64,000 nt of DNA from Salinivirgaceae bacterium. Lineage in GTDB: Bacteria; Bacteroidota; Bacteroidia; Bacteroidales; SZUA-534. The stretch lies in assembly GCA_024405635.1 (NCBI GenBank), contig JAKSOL010000014.1, positions 1 to 64,000 of the forward strand, in the 5' to 3' direction. Below the pieces are notes generated by a model that saw only the letters and a program-made list of their open reading frames with translations, was not told the DNA's origin and made no database searches. The translations under genes and the position numbers were made by a program. Positions 18,883-28,307 of the stretch are shown piece after piece (position 1 is the first letter of the stretch; each line of letters begins with the position of its first letter).

Positions 18883-18922
18883 AAAAAAAGGAACCTTCAA
18901 TTATTTGAAGGTTCCTTTTTTT
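18883..18922. terminator. Bidirectional intrinsic terminator between murF and the ACP gene
   Basis: AAAAAAAGGAACCTTCAA-TTAT-TTGAAGGTTCCTTTTTTT perfect inverted repeat between convergent genes. Confidence 0.9.
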
Positions 18923-18943
18923 GTGTATTTGATTTAGTGAGTC

Positions 18944-19192
18944 TTAAACTTTTTCTGCCATTTTTGCTTTGATGTAGTCTGTTGCATCACCAACAGTTTT
19001 AAAGTTTGTAGAGTCGTCAAATCGTATTTCAAACTTTGTTTCGATAGCCAAAGCAACTAGAAGCATGCAAAGCGAATCTAATCCCAAATCGGTAGAAAGA
19101 ACAGTGTCTCGTGTAACGTTGCTTGTGTCAACAGTAGGCCGAATGTTCTTTATTATTGTAGCTAATTCGGTTATTATTTCTTGATCTTGCAT
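18944..19192 (-). CDS. Acyl carrier protein (dedicated paralogue)
   Basis: 82 aa, acidic; DLGLDSL phosphopantetheine site; IETKFEI...FKTVGD. Confidence 0.9.
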   Translation of the reverse strand: MQDQEIITELATIIKNIRPTVDTSNVTRDTVLSTDLGLDSLCMLLVALAIETKFEIRFDDSTNFKTVGDATDYIKAKMAEKV

Positions 19193-19218
19193 TGTTTTAT
19201 ATGTTAGTTATTCCGATT

Positions 19219-20712
19219 TTATTGATTACGCATAACTTTCATGCTGCCAGTACGTTTAAAGTCTTCTGTGCGAATGCTGAAAGTAAGAACTTGCATGTAA
19301 CTTGGTAATATGTCATTAACTTGGTCAACAATGTTGCGGAATGTGTTTTGCATTTGTTCTGGAGTTTGACCTTGTAGTAGTTCCATATTAGGAAGAATTT
19401 CAATACCAATTACTTTGTCGCCATCTTTGTCAACCTCTTTAATTAAGCAATCGCGAATTTCAGCATGTGCATAAAAGTGCTCTTCTATTGATTCGGGCGA
19501 AACGTTTTCACCGTTTTTCAAAATGATAAGGTTTTTGATGCGTCCAGTAATGTATATGTAACCATCGTTATCAATGCGAACAAGGTCTCCGGTTCTGAAC
19601 CAACCATCGCTAAATGCTTGAGCAGTTTGTTTTGGGTCGCCATAGTAACCTTTGAAAATATTTTCGCCTTTGAGCCACAACTCACCGTCAACAATTTTGT
19701 ATTCTTGACAAGGATAGAATTTTCCCACTGAAGTTGGGTTTGTAATGGTTTGTGCATTACCAGAAACAAGGTTAGCCGATTCTGTTAATCCGTAACCTTG
19801 AAGAAGACTTAATCCTAGTTTTTCAAATTCTTCGATAAGGCGAGGAGGGCAGTTAGAAGCTCCGCAAATAATATGTTGCAAGCATCCGCCAAGGAATCCT
19901 TTTCCTTGCATTTTTACAAGGTTTACAAGTATTTCGGCCAGTCCAGGAACCACAACCAAGCATGTTGGTTTAACAACCGGAATCATACTTACACCAGCTC
20001 GCATATCTTCGCAAGTATAAATAGTGGCACCGCAGTAGAAGCATGAAAGCAGACCGCGAATAACTCCAAAAACGTGCGAGAATGGCAAGAATGTGATATA
20101 TCGATGGTCGCTTAAAACACTTCCTGGCATAAATATACCATTGTGTGAACCGCGCATAATGTTATGATGTGTAAGCATTACACCTTTTGGAACACCAGTT
20201 GTACCACCAGTAAAGAATATTGAGCAGAGCATATCGTCCATAACATTTGCGGCTGGTGTATATTGTTCTGACGTGCAATCTGTTGAATATTGACTTATGG
20301 TTACGCCTGCTTGTTTGCAAACCGACTCAAATTCAGGACGGACAAACATTGCCGAAACGTTGAATTTCATTACAGAGCCATTAAGTGCGGGACCTGCAAG
20401 TTGAGCTGGTAAGAAAATAGAAACATAGCCTAATGTTGTGATGGCAAAAAAGAGTTCAATGGCATCAAGGCTATTGCGGTCAAAAATGGCAATTTTAGAA
20501 CCGCTTTGAAGGTTTAAACTTTTGATAAATGTGCGGCGGCGTCCAATACGTTCGTATAGTTCGTTGTATGTAATTGGTTGGTTTTTGTGTACTATAGCTA
20601 CTTTAGTGCCATAGTCGTTTTTCATTTTTTCAAGCAGTTGAACAGTTGTTGGAACAAAGTTGAGTTTCTTTAGTTCCTCTGCTGGAATCATATCAAAGAA
20701 ATAGTTTGACAT
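19219..20712 (-). CDS. AMP-dependent long-chain acyl-CoA/acyl-ACP ligase
   Basis: FTGGTTGVPKGVML P-loop, QGYGLTES, FRTGDL, GRIKN and terminal Lys in KRTGSMKV. Confidence 0.9.
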   Translation of the reverse strand: MSNYFFDMIPAEELKKLNFVPTTVQLLEKMKNDYGTKVAIVHKNQPITYNELYERIGRRRTFIKSLNLQSGSKIAIFDRNSLDAIELFFAITTLGYVSIFLPAQLAGPALNGSVMKFNVSAMFVRPEFESVCKQAGVTISQYSTDCTSEQYTPAANVMDDMLCSIFFTGGTTGVPKGVMLTHHNIMRGSHNGIFMPGSVLSDHRYITFLPFSHVFGVIRGLLSCFYCGATIYTCEDMRAGVSMIPVVKPTCLVVVPGLAEILVNLVKMQGKGFLGGCLQHIICGASNCPPRLIEEFEKLGLSLLQGYGLTESANLVSGNAQTITNPTSVGKFYPCQEYKIVDGELWLKGENIFKGYYGDPKQTAQAFSDGWFRTGDLVRIDNDGYIYITGRIKNLIILKNGENVSPESIEEHFYAHAEIRDCLIKEVDKDGDKVIGIEILPNMELLQGQTPEQMQNTFRNIVDQVNDILPSYMQVLTFSIRTEDFKRTGSMKVMRNQ

Positions 20713-20728
20713 AATGATGTATTATTGG

Positions 20729-21364
20729 TTAAACATTAGAATCGTTAAATTGTTTCTGTAGTTCTAGCATTCGTTTGCGGAGTTTGTCTGTTTCGTTGTC
20801 AATTGTTTCGGCATTAAGTCCAGTAGGTGGAAGTTGAATGTTGAACGGTGCATCGAATACTATGTGTATTTGTTTGTTGTTTGCTTTTTTGCCAATATAA
20901 ACCATTACAATAGGCACGCGAGCCATAAAAGCTAACATGCTTACTCCAGAGTGAAATGGTAGTATTTCTCCATTTTTACCATGGGCACCTTCTGGGAAAA
21001 TACATATTGATTCTTTGTTATTAAGCAACATCAAACTTTCGTGAATCCAAGTGGTGTCAAGTCGTTTACGGTCAATAGCCAAGCATCCACAACTGCGCAA
21101 TAACCATCCTAGCATTTTGCTTTGCTCAAAACGGTCTTTTGCGGCTAAATAGTGTATTTTTTGTTTGCCGAAGAATGAACCTATCATTGCGCCATCAACG
21201 TGGCTTTGATGATTGCTTACAATGATACAAGGCATTGGCAATCCGTTTTTTATTTCGGAATTTGCAAAATGTGCACGAGGGTGGTATAAAATTTTTACAA
21301 GTACGTTTAGCAGTTTGAGTAACCAAGGCTTTCCGCTATATTTATTTGTGTTGTTTGAGGTCAT
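20729..21364 (-). CDS. PlsC-family lysophospholipid acyltransferase
   Basis: NHQSHVD (HX4D), LAAK and IFPEG motifs. Confidence 0.9.
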   Translation of the reverse strand: MTSNNTNKYSGKPWLLKLLNVLVKILYHPRAHFANSEIKNGLPMPCIIVSNHQSHVDGAMIGSFFGKQKIHYLAAKDRFEQSKMLGWLLRSCGCLAIDRKRLDTTWIHESLMLLNNKESICIFPEGAHGKNGEILPFHSGVSMLAFMARVPIVMVYIGKKANNKQIHIVFDAPFNIQLPPTGLNAETIDNETDKLRKRMLELQKQFNDSNV

Positions 21365-21450
21365 TGTATTTTTATTGTGTTTTTCAAAAATAAGTACTTT
21401 TTAAACTATTTGTTGGTGTTTATCGTTCAAAGCGAGGGTTAAAAGTTAAT

Positions 21451-22329
21451 TTATGCTTGTTGGGGTGCAGTTTTCTTGCACTTATTCTCATTAAAGTATT
21501 TAGATATGTACCAAATTGAAGCAAATAATCCTAAAAATACTGTTACAATTGAGCCTTCAAGGCCAAAAGACCCGCCTGTGAGTATATCTGGCCCCTTAAG
21601 TTTGGGTATTATAAAGCGAAAAACTTCGGTGTCGTAAACGCCTGAAACTGCAAATCCATAAACGCTTTCTTCAAACAGATTCCAAGCCCAATGAATACCA
21701 ATTGGAATCCAAAGACTGCCATAATATTTAAATGTTGATGTGTATAAAAGTCCAGCTTCGAAGCCTAATGCAACGCTAGTCCAAATGGTTGCATTATCGT
21801 TCCAAAAGTGTACAATTCCAAACATAATTGCTGAAATGATTAAGGCTGGTATGTATCCAAAGCGTGCATCAATATATCTAAAGAATATTCCACTAAATAA
21901 TATCTCCTCGTTTACGGCAATTATTAGGTTCATAATAAGCAAGTTAACTAGGCCGTAATGACTAAATTGATACTGATCAACTTTATAGCATCCCATCATA
22001 ACTAATGTGAGTGTGCATACTGTGATGAAACAAGCTCCCAAGCCAAATCCTACAAAGATTTGTTTAATTGCTTGTGCGTTAAGCATTAATTCTGAAACTT
22101 TTCGGTGTTCAAGCAATTTGACAATTAGGTAATAGAGCCTATATATAATAAAAATTGACAAGCCGATTAGGATAGCACGAACAACTAAAAAACTAATAGA
22201 GTCTTGTGGAACAAGAATCCAACTTAAATCGGTTAAGCATTTAAGTATAACAAACGATGGTATGCAAAAGATAAAGAGCAGTAACCATTTCCAAAAAGGC
22301 ATATGCTTTAGTCGGCTATTTATGTCCAT
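21451..22329 (-). CDS. CPBP/CAAX family intramembrane glutamic endopeptidase
   Basis: Multiple TM helices; EEILFSG, FGIVH, HWAWN and GGSFGLEGS motifs. Confidence 0.9.
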   Translation of the reverse strand: MDINSRLKHMPFWKWLLLFIFCIPSFVILKCLTDLSWILVPQDSISFLVVRAILIGLSIFIIYRLYYLIVKLLEHRKVSELMLNAQAIKQIFVGFGLGACFITVCTLTLVMMGCYKVDQYQFSHYGLVNLLIMNLIIAVNEEILFSGIFFRYIDARFGYIPALIISAIMFGIVHFWNDNATIWTSVALGFEAGLLYTSTFKYYGSLWIPIGIHWAWNLFEESVYGFAVSGVYDTEVFRFIIPKLKGPDILTGGSFGLEGSIVTVFLGLFASIWYISKYFNENKCKKTAPQQA

Positions 22330-22448
22330 TGTTTTTCTAAATTATAGTTTCTCAAACATAACATTTAGCAAATTAATTGTCAATTTGTGCAGTGTCAAAA
22401 ATTGGCGAAATGAATTGTCGCTTTGGTTTTTGGTTGAAAAATGAACAT

Positions 22449-22481
22449 AAAAAAAGCCGTTTGATTAGTCAAACGGCTTTT
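22449..22481 (-). terminator. Intrinsic terminator after ompH
   Basis: AAAAAAAGCCGTTTGA-TTAG-TCAAACGGCTTTT. Confidence 0.85.
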
Positions 22482-22501
22482 GGGTATTAGTTTAGGTTTA
22501 A

Positions 22502-23077
22502 TTATTTGCTAGCATCGTATTCTTCGTTCAAGCCTTTAATAACATCGGCTGTAATGTCAAATGCATTGTTTGAGTACCAAAGAGTTGCTTTGTTCAAAAT
22601 GAACTGATACTTTTCTGGGGTGTTGTATTTGTTAATGTACGCCGAAATTTTTTCGTACAAGGTTTGGTTCATTTGGGCTTGCTCAGCATTCAATTGTTGA
22701 GAGTAACTAGCCTCAAGACGTTGAAGTTCTTCTTGTTTTTTTATCAAACGTTGTTGTTCTTCTTCGGCACGTTGTTGCGAAAGAAATACTCCTTTTTGCA
22801 ATTTGTCTTGAAAAGCTTCAGCTTCTTTTTGGAATCGAGCACCTTCTTGTTCAAGCTTTGATTGCATATTGGCATATTTTTTTGAAATAGCAGCATTTAG
22901 TTCTTCGGCTAGTTTATAGGTAACAAGAACTGAGTCGATGTTGATAACTGCAATGTTTGAAACTACTGTGGTTGAGTCGTTTGCGGCAACGTTTGCGGTT
23001 TGAGTGCCCGATTGTTGGCAGCTAGTGAACATGGTTGCAAATGCAATAAGAGATGCGAAAATGAGATTACGTTTCAT
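22502..23077 (-). CDS. OmpH/Skp family chaperone (lipoprotein)
   Basis: Lipobox FTSC, IAVINIDSVL, a coiled coil and DITADVIKGLNEEY. Start moved to ATG 23077. Confidence 0.88.
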   Translation of the reverse strand: MKRNLIFASLIAFATMFTSCQQSGTQTANVAANDSTTVVSNIAVINIDSVLVTYKLAEELNAAISKKYANMQSKLEQEGARFQKEAEAFQDKLQKGVFLSQQRAEEEQQRLIKKQEELQRLEASYSQQLNAEQAQMNQTLYEKISAYINKYNTPEKYQFILNKATLWYSNNAFDITADVIKGLNEEYDASK

Positions 23078-23174
23078 AAAATTTATCTTTTCTAGTGTTT
23101 TTAATATTTCGATGCCAAAAGTATCATATTTAATAAGCAAAACACGTTTGGCTTTCTTTTTTTCAATAATCAAA

Positions 23175-24584
23175 TTATGCTTGTTTCTTTTTCCAAACAA
23201 TGAATATAATTAGCAATGCTGCCGATGTTGCCACACTCAATATGCACGATAGTGTGTAGTTTAGAGCCAAACACTCGGGCGAAGCAAAGAAATAAGCAGC
23301 GCATACTGCTGTCATAAACAAACCTGGAACTAGTGTTATAAAGTAGTTTTTACCAGCTTTTGCAAGGAAAACGGTAATAGCCCAAAATGTAAAGATTGAC
23401 AATGTTTGGTTAAACCAACCAAAGTAGCGCCAAAGAACAGCAAAATCGACAAGCATAAGCACAGCCGAGCATGCAAATATTGGTAGCGAAACCGACAAGC
23501 GTCGCCAAACGCTGTTTTGGTTAACGTGAAGAATGTCGGCTGTAATAAGGCGAGCGGTGCGAAGTGCAGTGTCGCCCGATGTGATAGGAGCTGCAACAAC
23601 GCCCAGTATTGCCAATACGGCACCCACAGAACCCATCCAATTGTTACAAATAAAGTTTACAACTTTAGCAGGGTTGCCTAAACTTTGAAGAGTCTCGTAA
23701 TTTCCATCGGCATATTTGATGGCTGCTGCTGCCCAAATTAAGGCTACAAAACCTTCGGTTATCATTGCACCATAAAAGGCAATGCGGCCATTTTTTTCGC
23801 TTGTAAGACAACGTGCCATCATTGGGCTTTGGGTTGCATGAAATCCGCTTATTGCACCGCATGCAATGGTAATGAACAAGAATGGGAAAATGGGCAGTTT
23901 GTTTGGATGGTGACTACTGAATGCGTCGGTTATTTCGGGCAACGAACCATTTTGGGTAAAGATGCCAAAGCAAACGCCTACTGCCATAACAAGTAATGCA
24001 ACACCAAAAATAGGGTAGATGCGACCAATAAGTGTGTTGATTGGTAGCAGAGTGGCCAAAATGTAGTATGCAAAAATAACAATGCACCAAAATGTTTTGG
24101 TTCCTGCAAATCCCCAACTAGTGCCAGTCATACTCTCAAGAAGCCCAGCAGGGGTGGTTACAAACACAGCTCCAACCATAATCATAAGCAACAATGCAAA
24201 AATGCGCATCGTTTGGCGTATGCCTGTGCCAAGTTCGTCGCCAACAATTTCTGGCAACGATGCACCGCCTTTGCGTAGCGAAACCATTCCCGAAAGGTAG
24301 TCGTGAACTGCACCGCCAAAAATACAACCTAGCACAATCCACAAGTAGGCTGCTGGTCCAAACAAAATACCGCCTATTGCGCCAAAAATTGGTCCAGTTC
24401 CGGCAATGTTCAAAAATTGGATAAGAAACACTTTCCACAACGGCATGGGCATAAAGTCAACGCCATCGTTTTTGGTGTATGCTGGCGTTGCGTCGTTGCT
24501 TACGCCAAAAATCTTTTCAACCATTGCGCCGTAAAATACATAACCCAATATAAGCGCAACAATAGCTACTACAAAAGTTATCAT
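23175..24584 (-). CDS. cstA: Carbon starvation protein CstA family transporter
   Basis: DGVDFMP, IAGTGPIFG, GAVHDY, ITIACGAISGFHATQS and ITSGDTA motifs. Confidence 0.93.
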   Translation of the reverse strand: MITFVVAIVALILGYVFYGAMVEKIFGVSNDATPAYTKNDGVDFMPMPLWKVFLIQFLNIAGTGPIFGAIGGILFGPAAYLWIVLGCIFGGAVHDYLSGMVSLRKGGASLPEIVGDELGTGIRQTMRIFALLLMIMVGAVFVTTPAGLLESMTGTSWGFAGTKTFWCIVIFAYYILATLLPINTLIGRIYPIFGVALLVMAVGVCFGIFTQNGSLPEITDAFSSHHPNKLPIFPFLFITIACGAISGFHATQSPMMARCLTSEKNGRIAFYGAMITEGFVALIWAAAAIKYADGNYETLQSLGNPAKVVNFICNNWMGSVGAVLAILGVVAAPITSGDTALRTARLITADILHVNQNSVWRRLSVSLPIFACSAVLMLVDFAVLWRYFGWFNQTLSIFTFWAITVFLAKAGKNYFITLVPGLFMTAVCAAYFFASPECLALNYTLSCILSVATSAALLIIFIVWKKKQA

Positions 24585-24778
24585 TTATGTGTGTGTTTAG
24601 TTAAAATATAAACGGTTGATTAACAGGTTTTTGTGTTGTTTGTGCATGCCAATAAACCATTTGCGCTAAGGTAGAAAGATTAGAATTGTTTGTTAGGTTT
24701 ACTTTTTATTTTTCGCACGCGCTTTTGTTGTTCTAAAAAATGAAATTGTCCCAATAGTAGATTAATAAAACGGCTTTT

Positions 24779-25546
24779 TTATGCCGATTTTGCAACCAAA
24801 ATGCCCACTTCGTATAGCAAATAAATGGGTAGCGAAACAACTGTGAGTGTGAAAATGTCGGCTGTGGGAGTAATAATAGCTGCAACAACTAAAATGATTA
24901 CTATGGCGTGTTTGCGATATTGACGCAAAAAATTGGCGCTTACAAAACCAAGTTTTGCAAATAGCCAGCATAGTATTGGTAATTCAAACATTATGCCCAT
25001 CAAAAAGCACAACATTAGCATAATATCAATGTACGATTGAAGCGATATTAGATTCTCAACTCTTGCATCGACTTGGTATGTGCCTAAAAATCTGAATGTT
25101 AGTGGAAATATTAACCAGTAGGTTATAAATACTCCAAGCATAAACATAATGTATCCGAAACTAACAACGCGTAATGAGTACCGGCGCTCGTTGGTATATA
25201 GTGCGGGCGATACAAAACGAAAAAGTTGGTAAAGCGCGTAGGGTAGAATTACCAAAAAACCTACCGAGAACGCCATTTTTATGTGAATGATGAATTGGTC
25301 GGCTAATTGTGTGTTTATTAGCGAGATATTAAAATTAGTTGCTTGACCACTGCTACCAAAAATGGCAGAAAGTTGGTCAAGCAAACGGTATGTTACAAAC
25401 GAGCAGTTTTGTGGGGCAAGAATTAGCGCAAACAACGCATCTTTAAAAGCAAAGGCTACAATGCCTGCTGCTAAAGTGGCAACAACCACGCGCATGATGC
25501 ACGTGCGTAGTTCGTCTAAATGGTCCCAAAATGTTTGTTCTTGCAT
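24779..25546 (-). CDS. tatC: Twin-arginine translocase subunit TatC
   Basis: FWDHLDELR, FVSPALY..ERR, FELP and AAIITPTAD motifs. Confidence 0.96.
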   Translation of the reverse strand: MQEQTFWDHLDELRTCIMRVVVATLAAGIVAFAFKDALFALILAPQNCSFVTYRLLDQLSAIFGSSGQATNFNISLINTQLADQFIIHIKMAFSVGFLVILPYALYQLFRFVSPALYTNERRYSLRVVSFGYIMFMLGVFITYWLIFPLTFRFLGTYQVDARVENLISLQSYIDIMLMLCFLMGIMFELPILCWLFAKLGFVSANFLRQYRKHAIVIILVVAAIITPTADIFTLTVVSLPIYLLYEVGILVAKSA

Positions 25547-25725
25547 TATTTTTCAGGCTCGTTTTTTGAGTCGTCGGTTCCGTTCATTCCGTCTTTGAAA
25601 CTGCGAACGCCTTTGCCAAGCCCTTTCATTAGTTCTGGTATTTTTTTGCCACCAAAAAGTAGTAGCACTACCAATGCAATGAAAATGATTTCGGGCAATC
25701 CTAAGCCCATAAAAAGAGGTGTCAT
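25546..25725 (-). CDS. tatA: Twin-arginine translocase subunit TatA (59 aa, missing from the ORF track)
   Basis: Manual translation [59 protein letters not shown]. Its TAA overlaps the tatC ATG (TAATG). Confidence 0.95.
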   Translation of the reverse strand: MTPLFMGLGLPEIIFIALVVLLLFGGKKIPELMKGLGKGVRSFKDGMNGTDDSKNEPEK

Positions 25726-25755
25726 AATTGTAATTTGTTAGTCAAGTTTTATGTT

Positions 25756-27627
25756 CTATAAATTTATTTTCAGGCCTCCCATAAATGTTGCTTTTGGCAT
25801 AGGAAACCCTGCGTATGTTTCGTATTCTTGGCCAAGTAGGTTTTCGCCATTTACAAAAACCGATAGGCATTTGGTAATTTGATATTTTGCTCTTGCGTTC
25901 CAAAGAACAAATTCTTCGGTTTGTATGTTTTCTTTTAAAACTGATGTATAAAGTCCAGCAACGTACTGAATACTAGTGCTTAACCATAGTTTGCCAATGC
26001 TGTATTCTGCATTTAGGTTAAGTTTGTGTTCTGGGGCCGAAATTACAGGATTCTTCATGTGCAGATAACTATAGTTTCCGCTAAACTGTAGATTTTGTGT
26101 AGCCTGAAAAGCTGCCGACACTTCAACTCCGCTGTTTTTTACTTCGCCTGAGTTTATGTTTTTGTTTTTGCCATCAACTTTTGCGGTAACAATAAGATCT
26201 TTTCCGTCAATAAAGAATAAGTTGATGCCATAGCGTAGGCGGTTATTTAAAATCGATTGGTTGTATGCCAATTCGTAGTTTATCAAACTTTCGGGGTTTA
26301 AATCGGGGTTTTGAGGAGGAAACATATACATCTCCTTAATGGTAGGATTGCGAAAGCCTTTGCCAACCGATGCTTTTAGTTCAGCATTGGCAATTAAGTG
26401 CATAGCTAAACCAATTTGCGGAATTACTTCGTTGCCGCATTGTGAGTGATGGTCGAAACGTACACCAGCGTTTGCGGTTACAAACGTTGCAAAATCTTGA
26501 CGTACATCAATGTAGCCGGCCACATCGGTAAATGCTTTGTCAACAATTGGTGCCTGATGGTGGTTTGCTATACTATCGTTCCAAGCTTCTCCTGCGATAC
26601 GTTGATAGTCAAAGCCAACGGTTATTCGGTTGCTTGGTATTAGCATCAAACTTTGGTAAACCGAAATGCCCATCATTTTGTCGTTCGATTTAAAGTGGTA
26701 TGCGCGAGGACTTCCACCTTCGTTATAACCGTCGTCAATGTCGTGATTTCCCCAGTTGAAAAATGCGCTCACAGCTCCAGTTGTGTTGGCGTATTTGTTT
26801 TCGGCTACCACTTGGGTCTCGCCACGAGTTATGTGCATGTCGTTGTCAATCAGAGGCTTTGTTGTTGGGCCCGGGTTCGAAGAGTTAAAGTGGGTAATGT
26901 TTACATCGGCGCTTGCATTCCAGTTTTGGCTGAAGTTGTAACCAACTTTGGCAAAGCCAGTTAATTGGTCAAAATCCATGTTTTGGCGGTGACCATCGGT
27001 TTGGCTATATCCTGCACCCACATGGCTGCTAAACTTGCCGTGGCGAATGGTGTTGTTTGCATCGGCAATAAGTGTTCCGTACGAACCGCTTTGAACACTG
27101 ATGCTGCTATAAATTGTGTCGGTTTGCTGTTTGCGGGTTACAATATTAATAACGCCGCCCATGGCGTTGCTGCCGTAAAGTACCGAAGCTGGACCGCGCA
27201 GAACTTCAACTCGTTCGGTTGAAAGCGATTGGTAGGCATCGGCAAGTGGATGTCCCATTAGTCCGGCATATTGTGGGTGCCCGTCGATAAGCACAAGCAA
27301 TGCAGTGTTTGGCGAGTTTCCAATTCCGCGCAACGACATATTGCCGGCTGCGTTTGTTGAAACTCCGTAGCCAAGCATTCCGCGGCTTGTGCTGAAAAAT
27401 CCGGGAACTTGTTCGGTTAGCGTTGATAACAAATGTTGGCGTTGTGCTTTTTCAATTGTCGAACGGTTTATTGTACTGATTGTGAATGGAATATGGCGAA
27501 TATCGGTAGCTATGCGGGCTCCGGTTACCACAACTTCGTCAATATTTACTGAATCGGTATGAGTTTGAGCTGATAATGAGGTGTTTAGCATCATTAATGC
27601 TGATGCCAAAAGAACAATTTGCTTCAT
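25756..27627 (-). CDS. TonB-dependent receptor (BtuB/cofactor-type, not SusC)
   Basis: Signal peptide, DEVVVTG TonB box, plug motif ERVEVLRGPASVLYGSNAMGGVINIVT, and a barrel with GFRNPT/ENLL. Confidence 0.92.
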   Translation of the reverse strand: MKQIVLLASALMMLNTSLSAQTHTDSVNIDEVVVTGARIATDIRHIPFTISTINRSTIEKAQRQHLLSTLTEQVPGFFSTSRGMLGYGVSTNAAGNMSLRGIGNSPNTALLVLIDGHPQYAGLMGHPLADAYQSLSTERVEVLRGPASVLYGSNAMGGVINIVTRKQQTDTIYSSISVQSGSYGTLIADANNTIRHGKFSSHVGAGYSQTDGHRQNMDFDQLTGFAKVGYNFSQNWNASADVNITHFNSSNPGPTTKPLIDNDMHITRGETQVVAENKYANTTGAVSAFFNWGNHDIDDGYNEGGSPRAYHFKSNDKMMGISVYQSLMLIPSNRITVGFDYQRIAGEAWNDSIANHHQAPIVDKAFTDVAGYIDVRQDFATFVTANAGVRFDHHSQCGNEVIPQIGLAMHLIANAELKASVGKGFRNPTIKEMYMFPPQNPDLNPESLINYELAYNQSILNNRLRYGINLFFIDGKDLIVTAKVDGKNKNINSGEVKNSGVEVSAAFQATQNLQFSGNYSYLHMKNPVISAPEHKLNLNAEYSIGKLWLSTSIQYVAGLYTSVLKENIQTEEFVLWNARAKYQITKCLSVFVNGENLLGQEYETYAGFPMPKATFMGGLKINL

Positions 27628-27630
27628 CAG

Positions 27631-28143
27631 TTACTTGGTGTTTAGGTTTTTAATAATTACATATCCACCTAAAACCTGAATAAGCATTCCAGGCCAGCCA
27701 AGTTTAAAATCTTGCAAAGCCGATGCAAACGAACTTGTGATAGCAAATTCAAACACACCACCAATTATTTGGTAAATTGCCACAACAGCAACCATAAGCA
27801 TTAGGCTAACTTTTTGTGTGCGAGCGGCTATTAAACTTGCAGCAGCAACCAATAGAGCCGATTTTATTAAAATGATTGGCAACGATGCAGTTGGAGGCAT
27901 TCCAAAAAGTAAGTTGTTAATCAATGGTGATGCAATTGCAGTTAACAAACCTACGCGCCAACCATATTTGTACGATGCTACCAAGGTGAAGAAATAAATT
28001 GGTAGCAGAATAAGTCCGCCTTGGGGGATTAGGTGGCACATTTGAGGCAATACAATGTTGCCAACTACAAACAATGTTGCAAAAATGTAAGTGCGTAATT
28101 CGTTGAAATTCAATGCGTAGAGCTTTGTAGAATTTGTATTCAT
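27631..28143 (-). CDS. ECF transporter S-component-like membrane protein
   Basis: 170 aa with 5-6 TM helices and the GLILLPIYFFTL..YKYG..GLL.AIASPL...LFGMPP pattern. No T or A components nearby. Confidence 0.72.
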   Translation of the reverse strand: MNTNSTKLYALNFNELRTYIFATLFVVGNIVLPQMCHLIPQGGLILLPIYFFTLVASYKYGWRVGLLTAIASPLINNLLFGMPPTASLPIILIKSALLVAAASLIAARTQKVSLMLMVAVVAIYQIIGGVFEFAITSSFASALQDFKLGWPGMLIQVLGGYVIIKNLNTK

Positions 28144-28166
28144 GGTACTTTGTTTTGGTTTGATGG

Positions 28167-28174
28167 CAAAGATA
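28167..28174 (-). promoter_or_regulatory. Bacteroidota housekeeping -7 promoter element upstream of the S-component gene
   Basis: Minus strand TATCTTTG (TAnnTTTG consensus), about 24 nt upstream of ATG 28143. Confidence 0.5.
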
Positions 28175-28307
28175 GAATTTTGAGTTTACAAACATTTCAA
28201 TACTCCTGAACTTTGAGCGATTAGTGTTGCACAAAATGTTCAATTGAAGAAAAACGAAAAGGCAGACTAATTAGCCCGCCTTCGGTTTGTTTTTAATAAT
28301 CAATTAG

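Noticed and set aside
25520-25741. 73-aa plus-strand ORF
   Set aside because: Antisense shadow of the real tatA gene at 25546..25725 on the minus strand.
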